A stretch of 64,000 nt of DNA, from assembly GCA_964019335.1 (NCBI GenBank), contig OZ025667.1:434001-498000 (forward strand), given 5' to 3'. Under the pieces are notes generated by a model. That model was not told where the DNA came from and did no database searches. It saw nothing but the letters and a program-made list of their open reading frames with translations. This DNA comes from Diplonema japonicum. Taxonomy: Eukaryota > Protista > Euglenozoa: Diplonemea. The translations under genes and the position numbers were made by a program. Shown here in pieces: positions 33,176 to 43,591 of this stretch; position 1 is the first letter of the stretch, and every line of letters begins with the position of its first letter.

Positions 33176-35665
33176 CTAAGCTTGTGAAAAGGTGACGTAG
33201 TACTCGTTCAGGCAAGAGCCTAGAACTTGGTAGATGCCGCAGCAGTTCGTGAGGCCACACCCTGCCGCATAATCGATAAGGGTCTTTGGTTCGCAAAGGT
33301 CAGTCACTTCATAGCCAGCTGCCTTGTTTACAGCAGTACAGTTCTCAAGGACAAACTCCTTGCGTTTTTTCAAGGACTCGGAGGTGAGCCGTGTGTAGTC
33401 AACGGGTGTTGGGCTGCACTCCTTGACTATCAAGATACCGTTGGCGGTGAGCATTGCGGCAGCCTGCTCGATCTCCCTACGCGCTTCATCTTTTTTGACC
33501 GTAGACAAGACGTCCACCAAGCAGATCACGTTGTACGCCTGTTCACCCTCACTTTTAGTAGGCCGGCCTACTGTGATGTCAACACCTTCTATCTCTGGAA
33601 TGTCAGCAGAGGGCCGCAGTTGGTGTTTAAGCCTCCTCGAAAGTTTGTTACTCATGGCAGGGACACCACGCCTCCATACTAACACCGAGCTGAGATCAGC
33701 TTTACTCTTTTTCCTCTTCTCTGTCGCAGGCGTAAAGTTTGCATAAACAACCCTAGGGTCCGGTAAACCAAGCTCCTTGTAGTTTACGGCAGCATCCTCC
33801 GTCTGGTAGTCGAACATGTCGTTGGAAGCCCATGTGGACAGTTTGGCCTTGCCGTAAATACCTTCCCCCTTGTCACGCAGTGCTTTCAGTTTATCGACAC
33901 GTGCTTTCCTTTCCTTGATATACTCTTCAGAGTAGTCCTTGCTATACCTCGTACCACCAAACTCGTAATCCTTCAGCTTGACATTCAACTTCTGTAACGT
34001 GACGTAGGTTAAGGGTATGTTCAGCTCATGTAGGCACACACGAATCAGGTGCACAGCAAAGCCAAGCCACCAGCTCTCCCTGTCGGAGGAAGGACAGTCA
34101 GACATAGACTCAACTCCGTTCTTTGCTTCAAACATTGCAGCGGACACATCGCAAAGGTTGGTAAAGGCCTCTTGCAGAAGCCCCGAGTTGTTCCAGCATA
34201 GCCTTGCTTCTGCACGAGTTTTTGTTTTTCTTGTTACTTTCCAAGCCTTGTCAATTTGATCCAACCAATTTTGTTTCACAGCCACCCACTCCACGATCAG
34301 ATCCTCGCCGAACACTTTGCGCAGAACTAGCAAATCACATAGCCCATCATCTTTCTTTTTTTGGACTTCTTCCTCGAGGCTTTGGATCATCTGCAACGAA
34401 AAACCACCGCTGTACTTGTGACCGGACTCTCTTGCCTTCATTTTTATCGCCGCTATGTCGAAGTACTCCCTCGCTTCCTCATACTCTTTCTCGTCGCGGA
34501 CATCACATTGTTTCGGGTCGTAGTCCTTGAACTCCAGAATGCTGAGGATGCTTTCGCTGTTCTCAGCCAGTCCAGTCGCGATCGGCAGCATGTTGGGGCG
34601 TGCTTCCGCCCAGCCCAGAATCATACTCACGACGTCCATCTTCGGTGGGTTGTAGCGGTTCCTTTCGTTGACGCTTTCTAGAGAGTCGTCCACGGTGCCG
34701 ATCTTCTGTTTCTTGTTCGCATCGTTGCGCTTCTTTCTGTCCTGGTAGAGATCCATGCACGTCGCCTCGCCTAATCTGAATCTGTAGTACAAAACACACG
34801 TTAGTCTGTTCCAGTTGCCCTTGATAGGTTCCACTTCTGTGTTTGCATGCTGGCAGTGCGTGTCGAAGAGCAAGAAGTCACCTGGTCTCAGGTCAACACA
34901 GACGCGTGCCTCAGGCAAACCAAGCATCACACCATTGTAGTGTCCATCAATCACTGTAATGAGCCCAAAGCCGTGATCAAAGTCCCCACAGTCAGTGTGT
35001 GCAGCAGTCCTGAAGTCCCTGTTCACAGTCATCGTAGAAAAGACAGATTTTCTAATGCGCACGGGGTCTGGGATCGCCTTGTTTTGTAGCTTCCACTTTC
35101 CCGGCAGTGCTTTCTTGTAGAATTCGTTTGCATACTCCACCAAAGGGAAACACTTCACCCAGTCCTTGAAATGGTCGTGTGTGAATGACGTCTTCCTGCA
35201 TTTGTAAATCTGCGGTGTCCCAGCATAGTCGTAGTAACCGCTAATCCCGCTCTGCGGCGGGCGTCCACCATTGGTGAATGACCTCAGATCCGAAGACTTA
35301 GGAACCTTAGAGAGGATCTCTTTGGCTGTGGAACAGACCTTGTCGGGCACAGCATTCTTAATGAACACAGCTAATAAGTTGCCATCTGCATCTCTGATGT
35401 GGTGGTCCGACGTAATAACAGCTTTGTAGTGCAGTTTGTCGTAATAAGGGTGCTTGGTGGTTGCTTCTTCCCATGGAATGTATGATCTCACTGTGCGCTT
35501 AGTTCCTGCTTTGCTTTCCTTATTTTCTGTCTTCTGTACCTTTGGCGGAGGTTCGAAGGACTTCAAGAGCTCCCCATCCACCACCTCAGGCAACGTGCGC
35601 TGTCTTTTTGCTTCTTTCCTTCTCTCTAGCTCCTCCTTAGCCTTCTTTCCTTGCTTGCTAGACAT
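33176..35665 (-). CDS. JBP1: J-binding protein 1: thymidine hydroxylase (TET/JBP 2OG-Fe) + J-binding domain
   Basis: SGISGYYDY, CRKTSFT, FSTMTVNRDFRTAAHTDCGD (HxD), HANTE, RLTCVLYYR. The J-binding helix KLNVKLKDYEFGGTRY retains the Asp equivalent to Leishmania D525. Start is MSSKQ (ATG 35665); the upstream ORF part is poly(A)-derived. Confidence 0.95.
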   Translation of the reverse strand: MSSKQGKKAKEELERRKEAKRQRTLPEVVDGELLKSFEPPPKVQKTENKESKAGTKRTVRSYIPWEEATTKHPYYDKLHYKAVITSDHHIRDADGNLLAVFIKNAVPDKVCSTAKEILSKVPKSSDLRSFTNGGRPPQSGISGYYDYAGTPQIYKCRKTSFTHDHFKDWVKCFPLVEYANEFYKKALPGKWKLQNKAIPDPVRIRKSVFSTMTVNRDFRTAAHTDCGDFDHGFGLITVIDGHYNGVMLGLPEARVCVDLRPGDFLLFDTHCQHANTEVEPIKGNWNRLTCVLYYRFRLGEATCMDLYQDRKKRNDANKKQKIGTVDDSLESVNERNRYNPPKMDVVSMILGWAEARPNMLPIATGLAENSESILSILEFKDYDPKQCDVRDEKEYEEAREYFDIAAIKMKARESGHKYSGGFSLQMIQSLEEEVQKKKDDGLCDLLVLRKVFGEDLIVEWVAVKQNWLDQIDKAWKVTRKTKTRAEARLCWNNSGLLQEAFTNLCDVSAAMFEAKNGVESMSDCPSSDRESWWLGFAVHLIRVCLHELNIPLTYVTLQKLNVKLKDYEFGGTRYSKDYSEEYIKERKARVDKLKALRDKGEGIYGKAKLSTWASNDMFDYQTEDAAVNYKELGLPDPRVVYANFTPATEKRKKSKADLSSVLVWRRGVPAMSNKLSRRLKHQLRPSADIPEIEGVDITVGRPTKSEGEQAYNVICLVDVLSTVKKDEARREIEQAAAMLTANGILIVKECSPTPVDYTRLTSESLKKRKEFVLENCTAVNKAAGYEVTDLCEPKTLIDYAAGCGLTNCCGIYQVLGSCLNEYYVTFSQA

Positions 35666-35720
35666 TGTTGACCTGTATGAGGTTGCAATAGTAATGAAGT
35701 CGGAAATCAAATCAAGTGAT

Positions 35721-35762
<42 letters not shown>

Positions 35763-35767
<5 letters not shown>

Positions 35768-36515
35768 AATTGTTCTTCTTCTTTTTTGCAGGCTGGGAAC
35801 TACTTGCCTCAATAGCGCGTTTCTTCTGTCTTTTCTTCCGTGCTTTCTCGTCCCTTTTCTCTTGTGCTTTTACGGACCTCCCCGACTTTCTGAACTTCGG
35901 CTGGACTTCCATATCAATATCGCCTTCCGCGTCACCGTCCTTTCCCTCGCCCTTGTCCTCTGTTGTTTGTTTCTCCTCTTTTGTAACCTTCTTCTTTAAT
36001 ATTCGTGACGGGTCATATGGATCGCCGGGTTGCAGCTCTGCTGGCTGTCTCGTGAGTCCATGTCGTGGGTCTTTTACACCTGGCGCACTTTTCCGCATGT
36101 TCGTTATGAGATGGCCTATGAAGCCTGGCTTTCTGCAGGTGTATGCGGTGTGACCTTCGGTGGCGCAGAGTGTGCAATGCTGAAGGCCATCTGACCACCA
36201 GTCCTTCTCACCTTCGTACTTCAGAGGTTTGCACGACAGGTGCGAGCAGGAGCCACATGTTGAACATAACGATATTTCGTTCCCATGGAATACGTCATCA
36301 GAAACTTCACTTCCATTGTACAAGTCTCCTAAACAGGCCCCTTCACGGTGCCGTCCCAAACAGGTCCAACAGCTCTCCGCTTTTTTCCTCGTCTCACACC
36401 TTGCATGACCCACCTCATGACACGACGTGCACACCCTGTTCGGGCAATCTCGTTTTACATGGCTGCCCCCACACAAATAGCACAGTGCACCATCGTCCGC
36501 TCGGAAGTACCTCAT
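35763..36515 (-). CDS. CCHC zinc-knuckle protein, Air1/ZCCHC7-like (TRAMP component)
   Basis: RYF followed by about five C-x2-C-x3-4-H-x3-4-C knuckles and a basic C-terminus. Confidence 0.65.
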
Positions 36516-36596
36516 CTCAACCTGTTTAGTGCAGTGCGATGAAAAATATGAAATAAAACTGAAATACATATCAAAGGGAATTCGCTGTAAAGCAAC

Positions 36597-39500
36597 TTAA
36601 AACGTTTTTCGTTTTTCGCTCTTAGGATCTTTCATCCTCAGATCAACGAGTTTAACCTTTGGGTCAAGATCAGCATATTGCCGCAGGACGTTGCTCTTCA
36701 CGGGCTTCCTTACAGGCGGGAGCTGCGAACGGGGCTGTTTTTGAGGCAATGAAGGGTTTACTTCTTTATAAGGTTTCGCTTTCACTTTTGGCCTATGGGT
36801 GTGGGGGGGCAAATCCTTCACTGAGAAGCTTAAACAATGGCTGGACGGTGGTGGTTTGTTCAGGTATTCCTCAAAAAGGCACACCATATAATGTCCAGGG
36901 TCGAGAGGCGCCCTCAGTTGGTCCGTGAGCATCCCTCTAGGGAGTTTGGCTTTCCAGCCCCTGTACCGAGCAACTGGACTGCCGCCATCTTCAGAACGTG
37001 AGAATACGAGGAAGTGTGCATGTTCTCTTCTGGTGTGTGGATCTGGATACCGCCACATCACCGGAAGGCTCTCATTTGGGGCATAAGTTGTTTGGTTAGA
37101 TTTAAAGCACAGCTTGAAGGAGCTTGTCATCAAATATCGCTGTGACACCGCGTGCGTTAGTGCTGCAATTGAGCGCTTTGCGGCAAATCTTGTGTCATGC
37201 GGAACATCTGCGACACAAGCTGCCTCGTCCTCCACTTGTTTCGTTGGCTCTTCGGAGAGAAAAGTTTTCAAGCTTTTTCGACCTCGCACGTTATTCCTTT
37301 TGGCATCAAAAGCTTCGGTGACTCTGTTCAACCTATGGAAGTAGAATGTGGACTCCTCGGCAGTCCCCCATACTTTACTAATGCTGTAAGCAGCACTTAA
37401 TGTGTCCATGCGCTCTCTCAGTTTCAGAATTGCCACTTGTGACGGCAGCTCCTCTACTGTATTGATAATATCCCAGAAATCAATGAGCAGCCTCTTGTCA
37501 GTGCTTGAGAACTGCAGCGCGGTGACAGGGTCGCTGAACTCCGCTGTCAAAACACGTGCGACGTTTCTCTTCAGGAGCCACATCGTTGTCTTTGTGGAGG
37601 ACTCGCCGCTCCCAATCACCATCCTGCGTATGAGGCCCACCATGTCTTTGTCCCTCGAGGGCTGAACGAGTATGGTTGCCACCACGTTGAGGTCCAGGTC
37701 TTCGCAACCAGTAAGGAGCAATTGCAGTTCGCTACGGTAGCACTCGCCCGCCGCAAACAGGTGCTGCCGCCTCTCAGTTTCGTCAAGGCTTGTTTTTGCG
37801 AGCTTGACATGACAAGCTGCAAGAGGTCGCAGTGTGTGTATCAAGAACGGAGTTTTGGCTCCTATTTTCAGGAAAACGTAATCCTTCACTTGCTGGTGTA
37901 GAGCGAGATACTGGATGGGTTCAAAGTACGGACCTGCTTCTGCAAGGTACACCAATGCATAAAGAGCAGGACGCAAATCGGTGTCGCACCACTCACTTAG
38001 TGGTAGTTTAGAGTTGATAGTGTCGATGGTTCTCTTTAACCATGTGATGAATAGCTCCGCTGCTCTTCTGATATCTTGTTGGCTTTGTTGTAACGCGAGC
38101 TTTCCGTAACTAAACATCATGCTGCAGAATATACCACAGTTCCTTGGGAGAATCTTCTCCAACACGGGCAGCAACCTTGCCAGCAGTGACGGCTTTCGCC
38201 TCAGGGTTGCTAACTGCCACAACAGTCGTATATACTCAGGGTGTGTCTCTGACAGCTCGCTGCGCACCGTCCTGAGAGCATCAATGTACACATCCTCGTT
38301 CTTCCACTCTGCTTGCGACACAAGATCTGCGTAGTCAGACTTCAGCTCTGCCAGTCTCAAGCCTTTCCGGGCTCGCAGCTTGATAGCAGTTTCAAATACA
38401 TCATCTGATTCAACATGCATCGGAATGTGCTCCAGCACAGTCACTGCCATAGCACTCACAGCTTCAACATGCGGTAAGCTCCCCTCACCGAAATCTTCCC
38501 CCGCTTTCTCGACAACACTGCTCAGCAGTGTACCTGACTCGCGAACGCTTTCATGCTTTGCGAGCTTTCCAAGTGAAGTTGAATACCGCAGTATCTGCAA
38601 TGTGTTGCAGTTCGGGTTGTCTTTAGAATTCCCCCTAAGCTCAAGCGCTTTCTTCAGCGTGCTTGTTGCGTTGGGGTCACCCGTGGCAAGTTGTATCTGG
38701 ATCATCGCATCGTAAAAAGGGAGAAGCCTGCCCACCTGATCTGTGATAACACTTGGGCCTGTGCGCACCCCTGCCAAGGTAAGCCTCTTGCGTTGCGTAA
38801 TCCGTTTCATACAGCTCTGCAAGTCACCTTGCACAGCATAGACTCTAGGGGGAAGGTTCAGTGCAGGCACGACGCTCTTCGTACGTATTACTTCTGTGCA
38901 GTTAACACTAAGAGCGAGAGAAGGATCCCGAAAGAGTTTAATACACAGTAAAGCACACGCTCTTTTACGTAGTAGTAGGCTGTCCGTTGGTGATATGTGT
39001 TCCTCTACAACTTCCTTGCCCTTCATAGGCACATTATTAGGATCAAGGAGATTCAATGAATCACTGTTTTTTTTTATGTGAAGCAAATCTGACCTTTTAA
39101 AGGGTTTTGCACCAAATTTGTTCATCAGTTTCGGAGCAATGACTTCTTCCCAAAATGCGGTGTCGCTGTTGTTAAGACGACTCAAACCAGCGCCGAGGAA
39201 CTTTGCCAATAAGTCTATCGCAATGCTAGAGTACCTCTCAGAATGGTGCCTGCACCATAGTGGTATCTCCCCTTTGCGCTGCTGCTCTCTCACAGCTTCT
39301 TTAAGACATCTTGACGCCATCTCGACTCTGACAACATCAAGCTGCACTGATTCAGGGCCCAATGCAGCTTCAAGCACTGAGGCAACACGTCCCAGACACT
39401 TCATTCCCACCCCTGCAGTGTGCATAAAAGTGCGAAGCCCGTTTGGACTTATGTCGTTACTGTTTGCCCATTCCAAAGCTGACTGGTGGATGTTCACCGT

Positions 39501-40532
39501 AAAGAAGACAGACAAAGATGTGAGCAGCTCATCAGACCTCAGCTCAGCCTCAGGAGATTTACACCAAGCAGTGTGTGCATCAGAACTGAGTGGCACCTCA
39601 CTCATAGCCCACATGAACTCAGGTCGTATACGTTGTGTGATTACACCTGTCTTGAGGGCCATGCGTTTTGCCCGCCCAGCTAAGTTCTTTGCATCAACAA
39701 CAGGATCGTTTGATGGTGGTAAGTATCTCAACCCTTCTTGGAATTCCGACCAAAGGGAACACGGAAATAAACCTGATACTCGTCTGATATAAAGCCTGTC
39801 GTCAACAGGAGACTTATGGCATTCGATGGTGTGGCACCCACCAGAGACATCAGCACCTGAACACCCAGTCCGCAGGCCTAATTTCTCAGCAAGCAATCGA
39901 ATAAGCATACGCATCTCTTCTGTGCCCTGCAAGCACTCAGGAGGTGTTCCCACCACAACAGTGGCCTCATTTGTAGCACCATACACAAGTGTCTCATGAC
40001 CAAGGCCAACATCACACTCCACATGAAACACATGCCCTTGGAAGTAGATGAGACATGTTAGAGGCACATGGACATGTTCTACAGACACAGACACCACAGC
40101 TCGCAGAGACAACAGATCCATAGTACTGGTTTGTTCTGCAGCCATATGTGATCCAAAAGCCTGTACTCTCTGAGGGCTATTAATTGCAGTGAACCACATA
40201 CCCTTTTCTAACAGTCTGTCAGGAACACTTGACATGCACTCCTTGCTTGCCCACCTCCGATAAATATCAGGTATGTTGTTGACAGCAAGTGTGCTGAAGT
40301 CTGCAGCAACCTTTTCATCCCATCCTGTACCATCACCTACACACATTTGAAAAGCCTCATTGTATTGTCGAGCATCTTGACACCCAGGTGACCACCCCAA
40401 TGCAGGGTGAATATACTTGGGAAGGCACTCATCCCCAGTAAGTGGTATCCTGAAATCCTTAACCACTGAACTCAAGTCGCTCACATCAGATTGCATCAGT
40501 GCCACTTTTCTAAAAAGATTATTTTCAGACAT
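36597..40532 (-). CDS. Clu (clustered mitochondria)-domain/TPR-like protein
   Basis: IECHKSPVDDRLYI..SGLFP, RIRPEF, PLSSDAHT, MHTAGVGMKCLGRV, VEMASRCLK resemble CLU/CLU-central motifs, followed by a helical C-terminal region. Start set at MSENN (40532) because the upstream ORF part lies in a repeat. Confidence 0.7.
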   Translation of the reverse strand: MSENNLFRKVALMQSDVSDLSSVVKDFRIPLTGDECLPKYIHPALGWSPGCQDARQYNEAFQMCVGDGTGWDEKVAADFSTLAVNNIPDIYRRWASKECMSSVPDRLLEKGMWFTAINSPQRVQAFGSHMAAEQTSTMDLLSLRAVVSVSVEHVHVPLTCLIYFQGHVFHVECDVGLGHETLVYGATNEATVVVGTPPECLQGTEEMRMLIRLLAEKLGLRTGCSGADVSGGCHTIECHKSPVDDRLYIRRVSGLFPCSLWSEFQEGLRYLPPSNDPVVDAKNLAGRAKRMALKTGVITQRIRPEFMWAMSEVPLSSDAHTAWCKSPEAELRSDELLTSLSVFFTVNIHQSALEWANSNDISPNGLRTFMHTAGVGMKCLGRVASVLEAALGPESVQLDVVRVEMASRCLKEAVREQQRKGEIPLWCRHHSERYSSIAIDLLAKFLGAGLSRLNNSDTAFWEEVIAPKLMNKFGAKPFKRSDLLHIKKNSDSLNLLDPNNVPMKGKEVVEEHISPTDSLLLRKRACALLCIKLFRDPSLALSVNCTEVIRTKSVVPALNLPPRVYAVQGDLQSCMKRITQRKRLTLAGVRTGPSVITDQVGRLLPFYDAMIQIQLATGDPNATSTLKKALELRGNSKDNPNCNTLQILRYSTSLGKLAKHESVRESGTLLSSVVEKAGEDFGEGSLPHVEAVSAMAVTVLEHIPMHVESDDVFETAIKLRARKGLRLAELKSDYADLVSQAEWKNEDVYIDALRTVRSELSETHPEYIRLLWQLATLRRKPSLLARLLPVLEKILPRNCGIFCSMMFSYGKLALQQSQQDIRRAAELFITWLKRTIDTINSKLPLSEWCDTDLRPALYALVYLAEAGPYFEPIQYLALHQQVKDYVFLKIGAKTPFLIHTLRPLAACHVKLAKTSLDETERRQHLFAAGECYRSELQLLLTGCEDLDLNVVATILVQPSRDKDMVGLIRRMVIGSGESSTKTTMWLLKRNVARVLTAEFSDPVTALQFSSTDKRLLIDFWDIINTVEELPSQVAILKLRERMDTLSAAYSISKVWGTAEESTFYFHRLNRVTEAFDAKRNNVRGRKSLKTFLSEEPTKQVEDEAACVADVPHDTRFAAKRSIAALTHAVSQRYLMTSSFKLCFKSNQTTYAPNESLPVMWRYPDPHTRREHAHFLVFSRSEDGGSPVARYRGWKAKLPRGMLTDQLRAPLDPGHYMVCLFEEYLNKPPPSSHCLSFSVKDLPPHTHRPKVKAKPYKEVNPSLPQKQPRSQLPPVRKPVKSNVLRQYADLDPKVKLVDLRMKDPKSEKRKTF

Positions 40533-40574
40533 ATTGGGACCATCTGTAAGTAGTGTAAACAAAAAGGGAAAGAC

Positions 40575-40900
40575 AAATATATGAGTTAAAGGAGGCTGGT
40601 GTTGGTGGCACTCTGCACAAGAACTGTCTACTTGATTACAGGGGGTGTGCCACGGCCGAGTTGTAGCTTCTTCTGCATTCCACGTCGTGTCCTTAATGCG
40701 TGCAGTGTACAGCTCAACCCCAGCCGGTGCATCCCAGGTAACCAAGATTCTGCACTTGTGCAGTTTGCTGCCTGTTTGTCACCCTGAGCATCTGCATTAT
40801 GTTCTTCCATTTGGGCACTACCAGTGATGACCGACGAGGAGGTCAACAGCAAACAACACATCTGATGTTTTTCTTATATTTTCATGCTATCCCCACCACC
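40575..40900. repeat. Dispersed repeat family C, with partial copies at 42425-42575 (inverted) and 46845-47128 (permuted)
   Basis: Shared ATATGAGTTAAAGGAGGCTGGTGTTGG...CTTCTGCATTC and CAGCTCAACCCC...TTTTCATG-x-TATCCCCACCACC segments. Confidence 0.85.
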
Positions 40901-40952
40901 AATACAATTGTTGGAGAACTACCTTAGGGTACTACAATATATGAGTTCCACT

Positions 40953-41492
40953 TCATCCACACAATTTAGGTCTGGGAAATGGTGAGGGGCCTAGAAACCA
41001 GTACACAATGCAAGCAGTATAAAGAGCAACAGGTATGAAGTTGACCACTTTAGGTTTTTGAGCTGGAGGGTCATCATTGAGTAACTGCTCTGGTGCTGAT
41101 GATTTGTATTCACGTGAGACACGCAAAAACAAGTAAAAGGGCACTGTGACAGAAATGGCAACACTGAATGAAAGGATGAGGAAGGCAGTATAGGTGTAGA
41201 TTGAGAACCCCATTTGGAAAAAGTCATTACCCATCCATATAAGAATGGCAACTCCACAAAACAGTAAGTCGAAGGAGAAGCTAGAAGATGATGTTGATGC
41301 AAAGAGGTCACAGAAGAAGCTACCAGATGCATAGTAGTAGTACAGGTGTGTGCTAACATAGCCACCAATCCACATAAGAAGGTACATAGTCATCTTCAGC
41401 TTTCCCCAGAAGTCAACACCCACCAGGAATTCACATGGGTCACTAAACATTGGATCAACTCCAACACGCAATGAGTACCACTTTACTGCCAT
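40953..41492 (-). CDS. DUF2834-like small integral membrane protein
   Basis: FFCDLFAS...FSFDLL...SVAISVTVPFYLFLR pattern with several hydrophobic helices. Surviving CpGs are mostly in Arg codons, which supports real coding. Confidence 0.6.
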   Translation of the reverse strand: MAVKWYSLRVGVDPMFSDPCEFLVGVDFWGKLKMTMYLLMWIGGYVSTHLYYYYASGSFFCDLFASTSSSSFSFDLLFCGVAILIWMGNDFFQMGFSIYTYTAFLILSFSVAISVTVPFYLFLRVSREYKSSAPEQLLNDDPPAQKPKVVNFIPVALYTACIVYWFLGPSPFPRPKLCG

Positions 41493-41717
41493 TACTTTAT
41501 ATTGAGGGTTATCTGCTTATTGATTAGGTGTAAGAATGTGAAAACAAGACAATACCAATTAATAAATAATAACTATTGATTTATGAAAAATAAAGTGGAC
41601 TTTATTTCCATGGCTGATAATCTGTCCCAAGGGGGTGATAACAAGGCAGCTGAAGCAATGCAGAAGCCTGAAGTAATAGTCCTGACTCATCCCAACAATC
41701 ACAACTACGTCTCAAAG

Positions 41718-42317
41718 CAGTGTTGGTCCAGACCCTTGAGGGACTCAGGTGACTCCAAGGGACAGGACAGGAGTCCCCTGAAATTTTCAGGGGTCTGGAG
41801 GGGACTGGAGGGACTCAAGGGACTCAGGGGTCTGGGGGGGACTCTTGGGACCAAAAAATTTCTTTGTGTTTTTTGTGTCACAAAGGCCCAAATTTAGGCT
41901 GGGGCTTGCACTTTTTTGGTACTTTTGGTTTCAAAGGTTCAAAAAAAGAGGTCCTAGGTTTGGGTGGGATGTGAGGCAAGGCTCATACTACCTTGTTGTG
42001 ACTATGTATAAAAAAAAAAAAAAAAAAAAAAAAGAGACATTTAAGGGTACCTGTGGTATGTGACAGGATGCCTGAAGAGTCTCAATCTATCTTTTGATTG
42101 AACCTTTCTGTTGTGGTGTGGCCTTCAGCCCCTTGTTCACCCTCCTCAGTACCTTAGGTATGAAACCCTCAACCGAGTTGGTAAGGACACAATAGTTGTA
42201 CAGTTGTTTCTCAAGGATGTGGCAGGTTGCCAGGGAGGTGAATACCAGTCTAGAGGAGTAGCCCCTTATAGAGACTGGTGGTCTGAGGGGTCTGGCCCAC
42301 AAACCACCCCAACACTG
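41718..42317. mobile_element. Degenerate hAT-like non-autonomous element
   Basis: Ends CAGTGTTGG / CCAACACTG with subterminal GGGACTC/GGGGTCTG repeats. The right part is an inverted match to 47500-47665. No TSD seen. Confidence 0.45.
42034..42075 (+). repeat. Dispersed hairpin motif B, copy 2 (CpG-decayed)
   Basis: GAGACATTTAAGGGTACCTGTGGTATGTGACAGGATGCCTGA after a long A-tract. Both CGs of the other copies are TG here. Confidence 0.85.
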
Positions 42318-43591
42318 CAAATTTTCGACACACATGATGTATGCAACACAGGGTGCACAACAGCACATGCATGGGGGTGCTGACTGTTGGTAAAATAAAA
42401 AAAAAAAAAAAACTTTTATCTTCTTTTTCAGGTGGTGGGGATAACATGAAAATATAAGAAAAACATCAGATGTGTTGTTCACTGTTGACCTCCTCATCTG
42501 TCATCACTGAGCAAACCACACAAGTGCAGAATCTTAGTTACCTGGGGCACCCTGGCTGGGGTTAAGCTGAACACCACAATGGCCTGTTTTCCATGAAGTA
42601 ATAGGGGGTTTCCATTAAATAATATGCCTTGGTAGGCCAATTTTTTCCTTGGTTCAGTTCCCAGTGGGGCTACTTTTTCCTCTCAGTTTGCTAATTTCCC
42701 CCCAGGTTCAGCTCAATTGGCCAACTTTTGCCTCAGCTCAGTTCCAAGTTGGACTACTTTTTCCTCCCAATTTGCCCACTTTTGGCTAGGCCTTGTTCCC
42801 AGTTTCTGGGGTAACTCTTCTGTGGGTAAGGGTAACTTAGCAGCTTACCCAAGCTCCCCAAATGACTTCAAAATACCAAAGCAGCAGAAAAAAAGGAGCC
42901 AGTGGCCATGCCAGGTATGGGAAGGCCTGATTAGAGATGGTGACAGTGGCAATGCCAAGGAGGAAAACAACTTGTATTGTAACCTTTGTAACCCCTCTCT
43001 TGTTGTACCCCTTGTCACCCTGTTGTGCCCTTCATGGTGAAGTAATTTCAGAGTGTTATGAAATAAAACCACTTACCTACTGCCAAGTAATGCTTTACCA
43101 ACCTTGAGGTAATGGTAAAGTCATTACTTGTTGGTAAATAGCTTTTATTTCACTCTTCATCATTTTCTTCTCACTCACTAGGGGCCTCATTATTTAATGC
43201 GAAATGGCCATTATTTAACTAGTTAAAAAAAAAGAATAAATGTAACCCAAGGTAAAACTTGTAGATAAAGACCCTGCAAATGTGAGTTGCTCACCCCCCT
43301 ACCCAAAAGTGAGCAAAGTGTCTGTTAAAGAAAAGCAAGCCAGGATAGACTTGTGTACCCTTTTTTTGCTCCTCTTCACATTCACCCACCCAGGCCCCAC
43401 CCACCCCTACCCCTACCTGAGGCTAGGGAGGGAGAAAAAGAAAGGAGAGGGCTTGGCCAGCCAAAAAAAAAAGAGGTTTATTTAAAATAAAAAAAAAAAA
43501 TGAGATTTTGCAGTTAAATAATGGCCCTTCAGAGTGAAAAAATGGGTCTTGTCATAGAAAAAAATGCACCCAACCCCTTGAAAAATTTTTT

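Noticed and set aside
35666-35812. Poly-Lys N-terminus of the JBP1 ORF
   Set aside because: Derived from the A tract and overlaps the upstream gene; the real start is MSSKQ.
40533-40745. N-terminal 71 codons of the 1382-aa ORF
   Set aside because: Lies in repeat family C upstream of a CTTACAG acceptor, so it is an incidental open frame.
40822-40866. Box C/D snoRNA (GTGATGA...CTGA)
   Set aside because: The boxes are only about 40 nt apart and lie inside a decaying dispersed repeat.
41735-41850. CRISPR-like short repeats (GGGACTC, CAGACCCCT; also 46420-46460 and 47625-47715)
   Set aside because: Irregular 7-10-nt subterminal repeats without unique spacers, in a eukaryotic context with no cas genes.
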